A DNA stretch of 63,573 nt, filler included, from Folioceros fuciformis (taxonomy: Eukaryota): assembly GCA_049999805.1 (NCBI GenBank). It is 5 parts of 4 records of this genome, joined end to end, with 100 filler letters (N's around TTAATTAATTAA, not from the genome) between each part and the next. Parts side by side here need not be neighbours in the genome. Positions count along the whole stretch, not along the records: positions 61,540 to 63,573 come from JBNGIO010005621.1; 4 more parts are not named here. The stretch is one strand, 5' to 3'. Every line of letters begins with the position of its first letter. The first letter of the stretch is position 1. A model generated the notes under the pieces. It was not told the DNA's origin. It made no database searches and saw nothing but the letters and a program-made list of their open reading frames with translations. The position numbers were made by a program, and so were the translations under genes. This document shows, piece after piece, positions 61,540 through 63,573 of the stretch.

Positions 61540-63573
61540 TCACATTGCTGGGTGTTTTACATGTACCTAGCATGAAGAAAAATTTATTGTCAGTCAGGAA
61601 ACTTGTAACAGATCATGACCTGCAAGTTTCACGCCAAATGGTTGTTTAGTAACCTATATACATGATCATTCAGTCGTACTCGGAGAAGGAATCACTTACA
61701 ATGACCTTTATCATTTTGAGTGTACAGCCAATTATGCGTACGGGCTAGTGACTGATGCCAAGAGTGATGTGGATAAGACTTCTCTTTGGCATCATCAACT
61801 CTGCCACCCTAGCATAACATACATACGTCAAGTTGTTAGCAAACTAGAATTGTATAAGGATCCAATTTCTTTTAAACTGAATGATCACCTTTTCTGTGAA
61901 GACTGCCAAGTTGGGAAGTGGCACAAAAGCCATACAATGATCCTGAACCTACCAAGGCTACTGGGCTGTTAGATGTGGTGCATACTGACATTTGTGGCCC
62001 GATGTTAACGGCATCGTTTGGTGGGGCAATTTATTTTTTGCTGTTCCTTGATGAATGGAGCCATTACAGCCACATTTACTTTCTGCATAATCGTAGTCAG
62101 ACATATGATAAGTTTGTCGACTACGTACAACTAGCAGCTGTATTCTTAAGAAGCTAAGAAGTGACAATGCGAAAGAATACCTTAGCGAGGATTTCCAATC
62201 ATATTGTCGACAAAAGGGTATTTTTCACCAACTCATGGTACCCTACCATCCTGCACAAAACTCATATGCTGAGAGATACAATCGCACTTTGCAAGAACGT
62301 TGTAGAGCTACTCTTTCATTAGCAAGACTTACAAGAGGATACTGGGCAGAAGGTATAGCTGCTGTTAATTATATTCAGAACAGGCTGCCTGTAAAGCCAC
62401 TCTTCAACTACATACCCTTTGAGCGATGGACGGGGCACAGGCCCAGGATCAGCCATCTACGCATCTTTGGCGCGGCAGCCTATGCATACACACCAGCGGA
62501 GAAGCGTGGTAAGATGAACAATCGAGCTACAAAACATATTTTTGTTGGGTACTCTGAACAGACAAAGGGTTATAAGCTGTATTGTCCATATACAAGGCAA
62601 CTTACCCTAGCTAGAAGTGTGAGTTTCAACGAGAGCTTCATCCTTGCCTCTCATCTTCAGTCTGTTACAAGCCACAAGCCCTTATCAGAACCTTCAATCT
62701 ATGGTCATACTCCACAACAACACTTAGAAGAGGACGAAGTAAACAAAGATATTTCTGTTTTTTCCTTTAGAGTTCCTTGACAACTTAGCTGCTCCCAGAG
62801 CACCATTAGGGCCTGTACACCAACAGCAGCCTTTGCTAGCAGCACCTCCTCTACCAGACCCTGCAGATGGTTTGGATAATCCTCCAGAGATTGAACCCCC
62901 AGCACAAGAACCTGCTGCAGAGGTAGATCAAACCAATGACCCTGTAGAGTTAGATGAAGATCCTCATCCAGAAGAACATGAACAATTGGCAGTAGATGAA
63001 CAAGAGGTACCTTTACTTCGTAGATCAGCTAGGATTCATCGCCCTAGGTCAGAATGGATTAAGACACCTTATGAACCAAGTGACACCTTTGTTTATGTTC
63101 CACCTAGGACATCCCTAGCAACTCTAGCTACAAATGCAGCTGCTTCAATACTTGATCATGGTGCTACCCACAGTGATTCTGGTCACGCGATAACTACGCG
63201 TCTACCCAACCAGTTTTGTATCATTGCATTGTATGTTGATGATAACTTTCTTTTCGCTAGTGACACCCACATTTTGACAGAAATGAAAGAAGCCCTGTCA
63301 CAAGAATGGGACATGACAGATGTAGGTCCCTTGAAGTTCGCCTTAGGCATTCAATTTAGCTTTAGCCCTGATAGGACCTGCGTCACCATCCACCAGGCAC
63401 ACTTCATAAGACAGTTGCTGTCCAAATTCAACCTTTCTGCATTACATCCCGTTACCACCCCTATAGCATCTAGAGAAAAGTTATCCATAGAGGACTGTCC
63501 TACCACACCAACAGACGTTGCAGAAATGGCAAAAGTACCTTACAGAGAAGCAGTAGGTAGTCTCTTGTACTTG
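61540..63573 (+). pseudogene. pol: Copia M pol fragment, a relative of B, with an internal RT deletion
   Basis: LWHHQLCHP, VHTDICGP, LRSDNAKEY, YAERYNRT, CIIALYVDDN, WDMTDVGPL. Confidence 0.92.

Overview
Eukaryotic, heavily methylated, repeat-rich plant DNA with no recognisable host protein gene. The 5.8S motif GAATTGCAGAATTCC points to a non-angiosperm. Five contigs are joined by artificial N-TTAATTAATTAA-N linkers, so adjacency across linkers is unproven. Contents: about 11 nested, decayed Ty1/copia LTR retrotransposons (labelled A-M here; four of them plus a solo LTR have resolvable 5-bp target-site duplications), one Ty3/gypsy chromovirus (K), long LTR-like repeats with tandem arrays, a LINE 3' end and a pseudogenised 18S-ITS1-5.8S-ITS2-28S fragment. 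Main points: (1) the copia elements carry accessory genes, namely a basic/coiled-coil ORF0 between PBS and gag in four elements and a conserved antisense ORF between pol and the 3' LTR (26/70 identical residues, ungapped, between elements I and L); (2) the rDNA fragment is fused directly behind an LTR-PBS-ATG, suggesting capture by a retroelement; (3) several elements have non-canonical LTR termini (AG..CT in the chromovirus; TA..TA and TG..TA in copias). Everything was read by eye and no database searches were run.
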